Source: Candidatus Dormiibacterota bacterium (lineage in GTDB: Bacteria; Chloroflexota; Dormibacteria; Aeolococcales; Aeolococcaceae). Taken from it: a DNA stretch of 64,000 nt. Below the pieces are notes generated by a model. That model had not been told where the DNA came from and did no database searches. It saw nothing but the letters and a program-made list of their open reading frames with translations. Made by a program: the position numbers and the translations under genes. This document shows positions 1 to 9,355 of this stretch, in pieces. Numbering within the stretch: the first letter of the stretch is position 1; each line of letters opens with the position of its first letter. The stretch covers positions 1 through 64,000 of the forward strand of contig CAVPXI010000013.1 in the NCBI GenBank assembly GCA_963709585.1. Reading direction: 5' to 3'.

Positions 1-599
1 CACTGACTGGGCGAACGAATTCAGGAGGCAAGGCTGGGCCGGCCAGCGAGAGTATCGGCTTCTTGCGGAATTGGCGGACATCGAACCGAGGATCTGGCGT
101 CGCCTACTCGTGGCTGACACAACGCCGCTCCCGCTCCTCCATAGGATCCTGCAGGTCGCCTTCAGCTGGAAGGACCATCACCTGCACGAGTTCAAGGTTG
201 GCACCGTGTACTTCGGAGTTCCCGACGACGACGACCCGCCTCCGCACATTGACGAGAAGCACGTGCGCCTGTACCAGTTGGTCCGCGAACCTGGGGAGCG
301 CCTGACGTATCTGTACGATTTTGGCGACAGTTGGGAGCATGAACTGGTCCTGGAAGACATGCGAGCGGAGGAAGTCTCCCGTGACTCCCATCTGCTTGGA
401 CGGTGAACGCGCGGCGCCCCCCGAGGACTGCGGCGGAATCCCGGGTTACAAGGAGTTGCTTGAGGCGCTTCGCGATCCCCGCCATCCCGACCATTCGGAT
501 CTGACCCGGTGGGCAGGTAAATACGACCCCGAGAGCGTCGATCTCGAGTTCATCAATCGCCGCTTGGCGAGACTCCCCCGCGGCCGGGTGCGCGTCTGA
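1..599 (+). CDS. pRiA4b ORF-3-like family protein (5' partial; one frameshift at ~371-376)
   Basis: YRLLAELADIEPRIWRR, HLHEF, YLYDFGDSWEH in ORF 71..406, then CLDGERAAPPEDCGG in ORF 321..599; removing one A from GAAGTC joins the frames; the frame is open to the window edge. Confidence 0.85.
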
Positions 600-657
600 C
601 CGTCATATCAAACCGCCGAGGCGCAACAGAAGGCTCGGGTCGTGGCCACCGTAGGCG

Positions 658-1206
658 CTAGCGTGTGGCTCCAGCCAGTTCGTCCGCCGTCTCAATCACC
701 TCGCCTTCGATAGTGATTTGGATCTCGTTGCCAAGGACGAGCCGGCCGTCCATCACCATGTCGACGTTCAGACCGAAGTCCTTGCGCTGAATTCGCGTCT
801 CTGCCCCATAGCCAATTCGGTGGCCCATCCTCGGGTCGCTGAACTCGCCGTAGTTCACCACCGCCAGCGTCACCGGTCGGGTGTTGCCTTTGATTGTCAA
901 ATCGCCAGTCATGGAGTAGCGGTCCGCTGCTACCGCCTCGACCTTGGAACTCTTGAAGACCATGGTCGGGTGGTTCTCAACATCGAGGATGTCGGAGGTG
1001 CGCAGATGCTCGTCGCGGCGGTCGTTGTTCGTGCGAATACTCGCGGTCTGGATGACCACCTCGACCGACGAGTCCTCGGGATGCTGCACGTTGATGGCCC
1101 CCGAGGCCCGCACGTCTGCGAAGTAGCCACGCACCGTCATCATCCCGAGATGTTTGACGGCGAACTCGACTTGAGTATGGCTCGGATCCAACTGCCAAAC
1201 GCCCAT
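658..1206 (-). CDS. YceI family lipid/polyisoprenoid-binding protein
   Basis: WQLDPSHTQVEFAVKHLG...RDEHLRTSD...GDLTIKG; AGGAGG RBS upstream of ATG at 1206. Confidence 0.92.
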   Translation of the reverse strand: MGVWQLDPSHTQVEFAVKHLGMMTVRGYFADVRASGAINVQHPEDSSVEVVIQTASIRTNNDRRDEHLRTSDILDVENHPTMVFKSSKVEAVAADRYSMTGDLTIKGNTRPVTLAVVNYGEFSDPRMGHRIGYGAETRIQRKDFGLNVDMVMDGRLVLGNEIQITIEGEVIETADELAGATR

Positions 1207-1303
1207 CGAAAAACCTCCTGTTACCGCAGGGTCGCTGGCGACCCTTGCGCAACTATATGAACAGCAGATCATCAGTATAGCAGAGGATCTGACAAGCAGC
1301 GCT

Positions 1304-1894
1304 TTGCGAGCTATGATGGCGACCGTGGGTAACACCGTTGGTCGCCGTGACGAAGTTGGGGACGCCCCCAGCTGCGTCGGCGCGTTGGCAGGCGACCTCG
1401 GCTGGGGCCTGGGCGTGGTCCTGCGGGCGTACGCCATGGCCGCGCACACCGCGGTCGCCGACCTTCCCGGCGGTCCGCGGGGTTACCAGATCCTCTCCGC
1501 CGCGGCTCAGGGCACGGTGAGCAGCCAGCTCGCCCTCGCCCAGCACCTCGGGGTCGATCGAACGGTCATGACCTACCTCCTCGACGATCTGGAGGCGGCC
1601 AGGCTGATCGAGCGCCGGCCGGACCCGACCGACCGTCGAGCTCGCCGAGTTGTCGCCACGAAACGCGGCACCGAGCTCCTCGCGACCCTCAATGACCGGC
1701 TCCGGGCGGCGGAGGCCGATGTGCTCGCCCCGCTCGACGGAGAGGCACGCGAGACCTTCCGTGCCCAGGTTCGGTTGCTCGCGAGACGGGCCGACCCTCT
1801 CGCCCCGCCCAACACTCCATGTGATCTTGGGCAAGAGGTGGGCGCCGAGCTACCCCGGCCTCGCCAGCGCTCTCGTCTAGCTCGCACGCGATAA
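1304..1894 (+). CDS. MarR family transcriptional regulator
   Basis: SQLALAQHLGVDRTVMTYLLDDLEAARLIERRPDPTDRRAR winged HTH; divergent from YceI gene; start uncertain. Confidence 0.88.
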   Translation: MRAMMATVGNTVGRRDEVGDAPSCVGALAGDLGWGLGVVLRAYAMAAHTAVADLPGGPRGYQILSAAAQGTVSSQLALAQHLGVDRTVMTYLLDDLEAARLIERRPDPTDRRARRVVATKRGTELLATLNDRLRAAEADVLAPLDGEARETFRAQVRLLARRADPLAPPNTPCDLGQEVGAELPRPRQRSRLARTR

Positions 1895-1954
1895 CGGCAT
1901 AGAGAGACGGTCCAACAGGGGCCGGCGTCAGCGTCCGTTGGTATCGTGGCGTGA

Positions 1955-2560
1955 ATGGTCATCACAGGGCGCGAAGGCGTCGAGGCGAACGCTCGCCTGA
2001 CGGCGTCCACGTCCGCCGTCCTGTTCCTGCTCCTGGCGGCCGAGGGATTCACCATCCTCCGCATTCGCGGGCTGATCTCAGCGCATGTCTTCATCGGCAT
2101 GCTCCTGATTCCGCCGGTGCTGGTGAAGATCGGAAGCACGTCATACCGCGTCGTCCGCTATTACATCGGGTCACCGGCGTACCGACAAAGCGGCCCGCCG
2201 CAACCTGCGCTGCGTGTGCTCGGGCCTTTCGTAGTGGTCCTCACTGTCGCGGTGCTCGGCACCGGCGTCGCCCTGATGCTGGTACAGCCGTCGCTTCGTC
2301 CGACGCTGCTGTCGCTGCACAAGGCGAGCTTTGTTGTGTGGTTTGGCGCCATGGCACTCCACGTGGTCGGCCATATGGCCGACACGACGAGGGTCGCCTC
2401 ACTGGATTGGATGCGCCGGACGCGCCGGCTGGTGGCCGGAGCCCGTCTTCGCCAATGGACGCTGCTGTCGAGCGTCGGCGCCGGGGCACTCCTCGGGTGG
2501 TTGCTGCTCAGCCAGGTCGGACAGTGGCTGGCGTCGTCAGCCCCGGAAGTCGGACGCTGA
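1955..2560 (+). CDS. Multi-pass membrane protein with His residues in TM helices (possible heme b binding)
   Basis: About five hydrophobic segments; HVFIG, LHKASF, ALHVVGH. Confidence 0.7.
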   Translation: MVITGREGVEANARLTASTSAVLFLLLAAEGFTILRIRGLISAHVFIGMLLIPPVLVKIGSTSYRVVRYYIGSPAYRQSGPPQPALRVLGPFVVVLTVAVLGTGVALMLVQPSLRPTLLSLHKASFVVWFGAMALHVVGHMADTTRVASLDWMRRTRRLVAGARLRQWTLLSSVGAGALLGWLLLSQVGQWLASSAPEVGR

Positions 2561-2652
2561 CCCGTCGGTTCCCCACCCCTAGTCGAGACCGTCGACTGAA
2601 GGCACGTTGTGACCTGATCGTTACCAGCGTTACCGCCATGATTGACTAGAAG

Positions 2653-2668
2653 TCGGGGAGCCAGGACT
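2653..2668 (-). repeat. Possible decayed remnant of the tRNA-Pro 3'-end repeat
   Basis: TCGGGGAGCCAGGACT matches TCGGGGAGACAGGACT of the other copies at 15/16, same orientation, intergenic. Confidence 0.45.
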
Positions 2669-2693
2669 TGCTTTGAGGACTCGACTTGGTTTG

Positions 2694-3608
2694 TCAGGTG
2701 GCGAGTGTGGCGTGAGTAGTCGCAAAGTTCGCAGTTAGGAAGGTGGCCGCCCGATCAAGAGCCGCATCCCCCTCGTCGAGCACGGCCGCGTACGCCTGGA
2801 ACACGTGCGGGACCCCGGGAACGACGTCGAGGGTCACCGCGACGTTCGCGGTGGCTGCCCGTGCGGCCAGACGGATGGCGTCACTGAGGAGGATCTCGTG
2901 GGAACCCACCTGGATCAGCATCGGGGGCAGCCCAGCGAGATCACCTTGTACGGGGCTGATGTACGGATCAGAAGCGTCGGCGTCCGCTACATAGTCGGTC
3001 ACGCGCCGCCTGAGGTTGTCTGGCGTCAGGAGGGGATCGAGCGCCGCCTTGTCGACAATACTTTCCCCGGACAACGTCAGGTCGGCGTAGGGAGACATCA
3101 GGAAGGCCGATGACGGTAGCGGCTTGCCGGCGTCTCTCAACGCCAGGAGCGTTGCCATGGTCAGCCCAGCTCCAGCTGACTCGCCGGCAAATGCAATCCG
3201 GCCCGGGTCTATTCCTTGCTTGAGAAGTCCCTCGTAAGCGCTGCGGGCATCCTGGAGTGCGGCCGGATAAGGATTCTCTGGAGCCAGGCGGTAATCAACT
3301 GTGATGACCTTGGTAGCGGTCCGTCTGGCGAGATCGGATACCAGCGGCACCGTCGCTGCTGCCGACCCGATCACGTAGACGCCCCCGTGGAAGTACAGAA
3401 TCACGTCCGCCGCGTCTGTCCCGTCGATGGTGACCTCAATTGCGCCGATGCCCCCGACTGTTATCGGTGTCTTTCGGACATCAGGGGCCACGGGGACCTG
3501 CCGCATCAACTCCTCGAAGCTGGCCCGTAACGTCTGGACATCGGCTGTATTGTCGAGCGGCGCCTTGCGCAGCATCGCGTCAAGGTCGGTTTGCTGTTGC
3601 TTGCTCAT
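2694..3608 (-). CDS. Alpha/beta hydrolase (HSL-family esterase)
   Basis: YFHGGVY oxyanion motif, DYRLAPE, GESAG nucleophile elbow, PHVFQ. Confidence 0.92.
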   Translation of the reverse strand: MSKQQQTDLDAMLRKAPLDNTADVQTLRASFEELMRQVPVAPDVRKTPITVGGIGAIEVTIDGTDAADVILYFHGGVYVIGSAAATVPLVSDLARRTATKVITVDYRLAPENPYPAALQDARSAYEGLLKQGIDPGRIAFAGESAGAGLTMATLLALRDAGKPLPSSAFLMSPYADLTLSGESIVDKAALDPLLTPDNLRRRVTDYVADADASDPYISPVQGDLAGLPPMLIQVGSHEILLSDAIRLAARAATANVAVTLDVVPGVPHVFQAYAAVLDEGDAALDRAATFLTANFATTHATLAT

Positions 3609-3833
3609 CGGCGCATCTCCAGTCTTGAGTCCAACGGACATGTCGTTCACACCTGCGGGGAGGCCGGTCTTTGCAGGTTCCCGCTGCCTCGGATCACGAT
3701 CGTGAGTTGTGCGGCAGCTGGATCGCATCCAGGAAACCCGTAGTTCGGGCCGGGCGCCGAGATCGCCGAGCGGGCCGCCGGGTTTGGCTCCGCAGACAGA
3801 AGCGACCTCAGAGATGACGGGTAGGCGTCGCCG

Positions 3834-4100
3834 GACTACGTGTTCGCAACCAAGGCTGGGGCACCGTCGAACCCTGACTGGTACTACAACCTCACCGCCA
3901 TCAGCGCGGGCACCGTCGAACGCGGCACCGAGACGTACTCCGTCAGCGTACGCGAGCTCCAGGGCGACGAGCGCGACCGCATCTACGGCGAGCAGGCGCG
4001 CCGGTACCCGGGCTTCGCCGACTACGCGCAGCGCACTGCCGGCATACGTACGATCCCGGTCCTGGAATTGAAGCGCTCCTCCGGTTCCTCAGACGCCTAG
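3834..4100 (+). pseudogene. N-terminally truncated deazaflavin(F420)-dependent nitroreductase (DDN) family gene
   Basis: FATKAGAPSNPDWYYNL...YPGFADY...RTIPVLEL; no N-terminal portion recognisable upstream. Confidence 0.75.
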
Positions 4101-4279
4101 CTCGACAGACCGCAGGACGCGGTTTCCCCATTGTTCTCGTACCTCGAACTCCGCCGCATGGCCACGAAGCCACCACCCGCATGGGATAACCGTTACGGCT
4201 CGGGTTATTGGATTCGACCCTCCCCGGGCGCCTACACTGTTGTTTCAAGGTTCCGCCTACTCATTTGGCTTCCACCGCA

Positions 4280-4609
4280 CTAGTAGCGGATTTCCAGCAT
4301 GGTGCAACCGGCCTCCGTCCGGTATGGCCCATGAGCCATGCCGACGGGGCGACATGCGTACTCGCCGGCGTGGAAGGTGCGGTTCAGGGTCAGGTCGGTG
4401 AGGTCACCCTCGAGCAGATACACCTCTTCGATGTAGTCGTGTCGGATGACGCCCGCCTCGACAGTGTCCAGTCCGGGTTCCCATCGAGCCAGGCGGGTGA
4501 GGACCTCGCCGTCACCGGCGCTGAGGACCTTCTCCATCACTCCGTGGGTGCCAACCGATGCGGCCCAAGCGACGTCGGCCGGGTCGAAGAACTCCCGCTC
4601 CTGCTTCAC
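4280..4609 (-). CDS. ChrR-like cupin domain protein
   Basis: RHDYIEEVYLLEGDL...YACRPVGMAHGPY; GTG start inferred. Confidence 0.8.
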   Translation of the reverse strand: MKQEREFFDPADVAWAASVGTHGVMEKVLSAGDGEVLTRLARWEPGLDTVEAGVIRHDYIEEVYLLEGDLTDLTLNRTFHAGEYACRPVGMAHGPYRTEAGCTMLEIRY

Positions 4610-4740
4610 GGGCTTGAGTATGCTGGTAGCGAGCCGCCGCTGTGGCTGAGTTCGGGGCGAACGCAGGCCCGTGACGGAACCCCGGTGACTGCATGGTGGC
4701 TGTAGTGAACTCACGCCGCACCAACAGGAAAGAGAACACG

Positions 4741-5436
4741 ATGGTGAGTATCGCCAGCCTGGGTCGCGAGGTGCCGTTCCCTGATCGTTCGGCGCCGGCC
4801 CTGCTCGTGATCGGGTACGCCGGGCGCAATGAGGCCTCGGTCCGCACGCACATCGCGGAGCTGGCGGCGATCGGTGTCGCGCCTCCACCGCAGGTGCCGA
4901 TGGTCTACGACCTTGCTGCCGATCTCCTCACCACCGCGACCCACATTCCCGCGCCGGGACCACGAACCTCGGGTGAGGTCGAACCTGTGCTCGTGCGAGC
5001 AGCGGGCATTTGGCATCTGGCGCTTGGCTCCGACCACACCGACCGCGACCTCGAGGCGAGCGACGTCCGGAACTCCAAGGCGGCGTGTCCCAAGCCGGTC
5101 GCTCCTATTGTCATCCTCCTCGACGTCGACCCCCTCCGAGGTGGTGTCGACGCCGCCTGGGACGCTATCGAGGTGACCAGCTCTATCGACGACGTTGCCT
5201 ACCAGCGCGGCACCCTGGCCGAGCTGAGAATGCCAAGCGATCTCACATCTCGCGCAACCCAACAGAATCCGGCCGGCGACTTGGTCATCTTCTGCGGCAC
5301 CGTGCCCCTTCTTGACGGAGCCTTCCGTTACGGAGAGAAGTTCTCGGCGACGATGAGCGCAGGTGCCGAGTGGACGCTGCGGCTGGAGTACACGATGCAG
5401 ATTGGACCGATGGAACCGAGAGACGTCGAGAGCTGA
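4741..5436 (+). CDS. DUF2848 family protein (FAH-like)
   Basis: GYAGRNEASVRTHIAEL, TSGEVEPVL, GSDHTDRDLE, SKAACPKPVA. Confidence 0.85.
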   Translation: MVSIASLGREVPFPDRSAPALLVIGYAGRNEASVRTHIAELAAIGVAPPPQVPMVYDLAADLLTTATHIPAPGPRTSGEVEPVLVRAAGIWHLALGSDHTDRDLEASDVRNSKAACPKPVAPIVILLDVDPLRGGVDAAWDAIEVTSSIDDVAYQRGTLAELRMPSDLTSRATQQNPAGDLVIFCGTVPLLDGAFRYGEKFSATMSAGAEWTLRLEYTMQIGPMEPRDVES

Positions 5437-5446
5437 GGACGGCCCC

Positions 5447-6241
5447 GTGCGAGTAGCCCTTGTGCAGATGCTCAGCAGCCACGACATCGACGCGAACCTC
5501 GCGAAGATCACCGAGACCGCCCGCACGGCTGCGACAGCAGGCGCCTGCCTGGCAGTCTATCCCGAGGCGGCCATGCACGCCTTTGGTGCACCGCTGGCCG
5601 AGATCGCCGAGCCACCCGACGGTGCCTTCGGCTCCTCCGTCGAACGCCTGGCGCGTGATCTCGGCATCACGATCGTGGTCGGCATGTTTACGCCCGCGAC
5701 CGATGGGCGCGTGTTCAACACGCTCCTCGTGGCGGGTGCCGAGAAGACGTTCACTTACCACAAGATCCACCTTTTCGACGCCTTTGGATTCCGGGAATCG
5801 GACACCGTCGCCCCAGGTGACGAGAGGCAGGTGATCACGGTGGCCGGCGTGCCGATAGGACTGACCACGTGCTATGAGGTGCGCTTTCCAGCGCTGTACG
5901 TCGAGAACGCCGCCGCTGGAGCCCAGGTCTCTCTGGTGAGCGCGTCGTGGGCAGGCGGCCCGGGCAAGGTCGAGCAATGGGAGCTGCTCGTCCGCGCCCG
6001 AGCCCTCGACAGCACGACTTTCGTGCTGGCCTGCGACCAAGCGGACCCGGCCACGCAGGGACGAGCGGTCGGGTCCGCGCCCACGGGCATCGGGCACAGC
6101 ATGGTGGTCTCGCCGTTCGGCGTAATCCTCGGCAGCCTGGGGTCCGAGGAGGACACCCTGGTCGTCGACCTCGACCTCGATGACGTGGTCCGAGCGCGCG
6201 AGGCGATCCCGGTGCTCCACAACAGACGCCAAATCGACTGA
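5447..6241 (+). CDS. Carbon-nitrogen hydrolase (nitrilase/amidase superfamily)
   Basis: Catalytic E-K-C motifs YPEA, YHKIHLFDA, TCYEVRFP. Confidence 0.92.
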   Translation: MRVALVQMLSSHDIDANLAKITETARTAATAGACLAVYPEAAMHAFGAPLAEIAEPPDGAFGSSVERLARDLGITIVVGMFTPATDGRVFNTLLVAGAEKTFTYHKIHLFDAFGFRESDTVAPGDERQVITVAGVPIGLTTCYEVRFPALYVENAAAGAQVSLVSASWAGGPGKVEQWELLVRARALDSTTFVLACDQADPATQGRAVGSAPTGIGHSMVVSPFGVILGSLGSEEDTLVVDLDLDDVVRAREAIPVLHNRRQID

Positions 6242-6574
6242 CGAAGAACGCCGGCCTGCGTCCGACCCGCGACGCATTTGTCGCGATTTCCATTGCAATG
6301 AGCAACGGGATCCAGCCCCATCCGTATCGGCTGCACCGAGCTCCTCGCGACGCTTCGCATCAGCGTTCTTGCCATCCATCAGCGGAAAGTCCAGTGTGTT
6401 ACGTGGGGAACCTCGCTGGGGAGCGAGCACGAACTCCACGGTGCCCTCAGGGGGATACAAACGCCCAAGGACCACGAGCCAGTCCGTTCCGAAGGTCTCG
6501 CTGCTGACGCGACAGAGGCTGTCACCCGCGCACCGCTTCCGGTCGCGATCATCGAGGTCGCGTCGGGGCGGATC

Positions 6575-7501
6575 ATGGCGGCGAGCCCGCCGATGCATGA
6601 AATGTTTGCCTCGGGTGGGGGCCCGGTCTTGGGCAGGACGGTCGACGAATTCATGACCGACCACCCTTCCGGCGCGCTCGACCTGCTGCGCGCCGGTCAA
6701 CTCCAGGGCTACGTCACGACGCGTTCGCTCCGCCGCAGGCAAGAAGAGCCCATGCCGGTGCAGGTCTGGGTGCGCGGCCTGGGCAAGGACACTCCGCCGC
6801 GCTTTGCGGTCGCTGTGTTTGCGACCCCCCTCACCAGGACCGGCGCACTGCTGCCCGAGGTTGCGCGCTCGGATTTGACCCCGGTCGTGGGAACGTCGGA
6901 CGAGAGCCTGTTGATCGACCGCATCAGCAGCGACGTCGAAGCTCTGCTCGGATATCGGCCATCTGACGTCCTTGGGCAGTCGATTCTCTCCTTGATGACA
7001 GAAACCAGCGTCCCCGACCTTCTGGGCTCACTCGCTCAAGCCGCGGCGACCGGGGCGGGAGTCACCCTTAATCTCGTCGCCCGCTCCAAGCAGGGCGATC
7101 CAGTGTTGCTCGAAGCGGTTCTCTGGCCGCTGCGCCCGCCGCCACGCTGCGGGTTCGCGCTGCTCCCTGGCGCCTACGCGGAGTCTGCGTCCGGGACCGC
7201 GGCCGATGTGGAGAACTGGATGTCCCGGTTTGCGAGCAACTCTGGTGCCGTATCCCTCTCGCGCCATCTCGCCACATCCCCGCGCGAGGGGGAGCTCGCC
7301 GGCCTCTCCCGGCTGACCACCAGGGAGCTCGAGATCGTCAGCCGGCTGGTCTCAGGTGACAGGGTCCCGTCGATTGCGAAGGCGCTGTTCCTGAGCCCGA
7401 GCACCGTGCGCAATCACCTCCATTCGATCTATCAAAAGCTCGGCATCCATTCGCAGCAGGAGCTGATCCATGCATTCCGGAGAGGACCCGCGTTTCGCTG
7501 A
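6575..7501 (+). CDS. PAS-domain LuxR-family transcriptional regulator (true start probably further upstream)
   Basis: PAS-like LLGYRPSDVLGQS; C-terminal LTTRELEIV...LSPSTVRNHLHSIYQKLG HTH; frame stays open upstream of the ATG to at least ~6455. Confidence 0.85.
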   Translation: MAASPPMHEMFASGGGPVLGRTVDEFMTDHPSGALDLLRAGQLQGYVTTRSLRRRQEEPMPVQVWVRGLGKDTPPRFAVAVFATPLTRTGALLPEVARSDLTPVVGTSDESLLIDRISSDVEALLGYRPSDVLGQSILSLMTETSVPDLLGSLAQAAATGAGVTLNLVARSKQGDPVLLEAVLWPLRPPPRCGFALLPGAYAESASGTAADVENWMSRFASNSGAVSLSRHLATSPREGELAGLSRLTTRELEIVSRLVSGDRVPSIAKALFLSPSTVRNHLHSIYQKLGIHSQQELIHAFRRGPAFR

Positions 7502-7728
7502 TTGTCACGCCGGGGTGTGCGAGGTCATATCCCTTCTCTCGCTTCGATTTGGCAGGACGGATGACACTCCCGTCTACGACTGCGTGACATCACGTCGATT
7601 CCGATAAGGCCGCGGCGACCCTCACACTGACATCGATGTCCGTGCCCACTCACGTGGCCCAGCCCGGATCGATCGCGCCGTGCGATGCAGTTCGCCGCGT
7701 GTGGAGCAGTCCCTAACAGGTCACTGGA

Positions 7729-8364
7729 ATGTGGCAGGAACAGCTCGGCGCTGGGGTCGACGAGGTACACATCACCGCGAGCGCACTCATCTTCCGCGCC
7801 GGTCAGCTCCCAAGAATTGCATTGGTCGTGGCCGGCATCGTGCGAGAGTTCATCTCGACACAACTCGGCCGGCAGATGACGATCCGCTACGCGCGAGCTG
7901 GTGATCTCATCGGGCTTTCGCCCTACCTGGCGGGCACCGATCAGCGGAACGCTGAAGCGATCACCGACGTGAGCGTCAAGGTGCTCACCTTCGACCACTT
8001 GCGCAGCGCCGGAGCACATGATCCGGAGCTGCCCTGGAGAATCGCGCGACACGTCGCCTGTGTGGCCGCGGAGGCGTTGCGCTCCGTCGCCGACGCAAGC
8101 GGACAACCCATCACCGTGCGAGTAGCGCGCCACCTTAGCGAGATGGCGCTGCGCGGACCCAACGGTCGCGCCGTCGTGCACATCAGCCATCAGCGTTTGG
8201 CTGATGCGGTGGGCACCGTTCGCGAAGTGGTGAGTCGCGAGCTGACCGCATTGCGGGCAAACGGGGTGATTGACAGAACGCCGGGAGCAGTCAGGGTCAT
8301 CGACGACGATCGGCTCGCGAGCCTCGCCGCTGGCCAATCCACCCTGCGCACGATTAAGGATTGA
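7729..8364 (+). CDS. Crp/Fnr family regulator
   Basis: IRYARAGDLIG cNMP barrel; SHQRLADAVGTVREVVSREL HTH. Confidence 0.85.
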   Translation: MWQEQLGAGVDEVHITASALIFRAGQLPRIALVVAGIVREFISTQLGRQMTIRYARAGDLIGLSPYLAGTDQRNAEAITDVSVKVLTFDHLRSAGAHDPELPWRIARHVACVAAEALRSVADASGQPITVRVARHLSEMALRGPNGRAVVHISHQRLADAVGTVREVVSRELTALRANGVIDRTPGAVRVIDDDRLASLAAGQSTLRTIKD

Positions 8365-8509
8365 ACGCGGTCACGCAGAACCAATCGGGGTCACTGGTGT
8401 TTCCAGCCGGTGCCAGACGACCTTCGACTTCCCGGAGTCCGTCGAATCGCGACGACACGTCGCCGCCACGCTTCCGGGGCACTTCGCCGGCGAGGTTGGC
8501 TTCGAGGGT

Positions 8510-9060
8510 ATGGTCGAGCCCGCATACGTCCCTGCCGTCGATCTCATCTTTCGCCTGGGCTCGCGACCAAGGATGGCGCTCATCCGCGCCGCCATCGTCC
8601 GTGTCTTTCTTTCGGGGACAAATGGGCAGCATTTGACCATCCGTTACGCTCGACGGGGCGATTTGGTCTGATTGGCCCCGATGCTCGGTGGCAGCTGCAC
8701 GTGGAGTGCCGAGGCTGTCGTTGACACCACCGTCGAGCTCTTGACAATGAATCACGTCCACGCGGCCGCCGGGCGCGCCCCGACGTTCCATGGTTGATCG
8801 CGGAGCACGTCGCGACCTGGGCATCCAATGCCCTCCACGCCCTCGAGGAAAGTTGCTCGCTACCGACCGCAGCGCGTATCGCCCTCCACCTCGGAGAGAT
8901 CGCCCTGCCCTTCCATGATGGACTCGCGGGTCGCGCACATCACTCAGCAGCGACCCGCCGACGCAGCCGGCACTGCGCGCGAGGTTGTCAGTCACGAACT
9001 CAGTGCCCTTCGCGCCAGGGTCGGCGCGCGGGACATGCACCGGTGGCGCCGGACCCAGGT
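8510..9060 (+). pseudogene. Degraded tandem paralog of the Crp/Fnr regulator
   Basis: IRYARRGDLV then in-frame TGA at 8669-8671 where the paralog has Gly; ITQQRPADAAGTAREVVSHEL in another frame; several disruptions. Confidence 0.75.
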
Positions 9061-9244
9061 GATATGCGTGACGTGCGCTGTGCGCACAGCCGCACCCAAT
9101 GACTGCTGCGGCCATGGCTGCGCGCCGTCATCCTTGGTGCAAAGTCTGTCGCTGGACACAGCATGGCCGCTCGTATCAGTCGTCAACAATGTCCGCGAAT
9201 GCGGAGCCATCAGCGCTGTCGAGGCGGGGCTCGGTTACGGATGA

Positions 9245-9260
9245 CGTGACGCAAGTCACT
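9245..9260. promoter_or_regulatory. CRP-type palindrome upstream of GGDEF/EAL gene
   Basis: CGTGA-CGCAAG-TCACT fits TGTGA-N6-TCACA; next to Crp genes. Confidence 0.5.
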
Positions 9261-9355
9261 ATCCTGACCCGAAGAGCCCTGCGTGGTTCGAATCTCGCTC
9301 AGGTCTGCGACGAGCGCGCGACCATCTCGCCCCACGGCAATGCAACGTTCGTGGC

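Noticed and set aside
8669-8671. In-frame TGA as selenocysteine or recoding
   Set aside because: It aligns to Gly in the paralog and the gene has other disruptions
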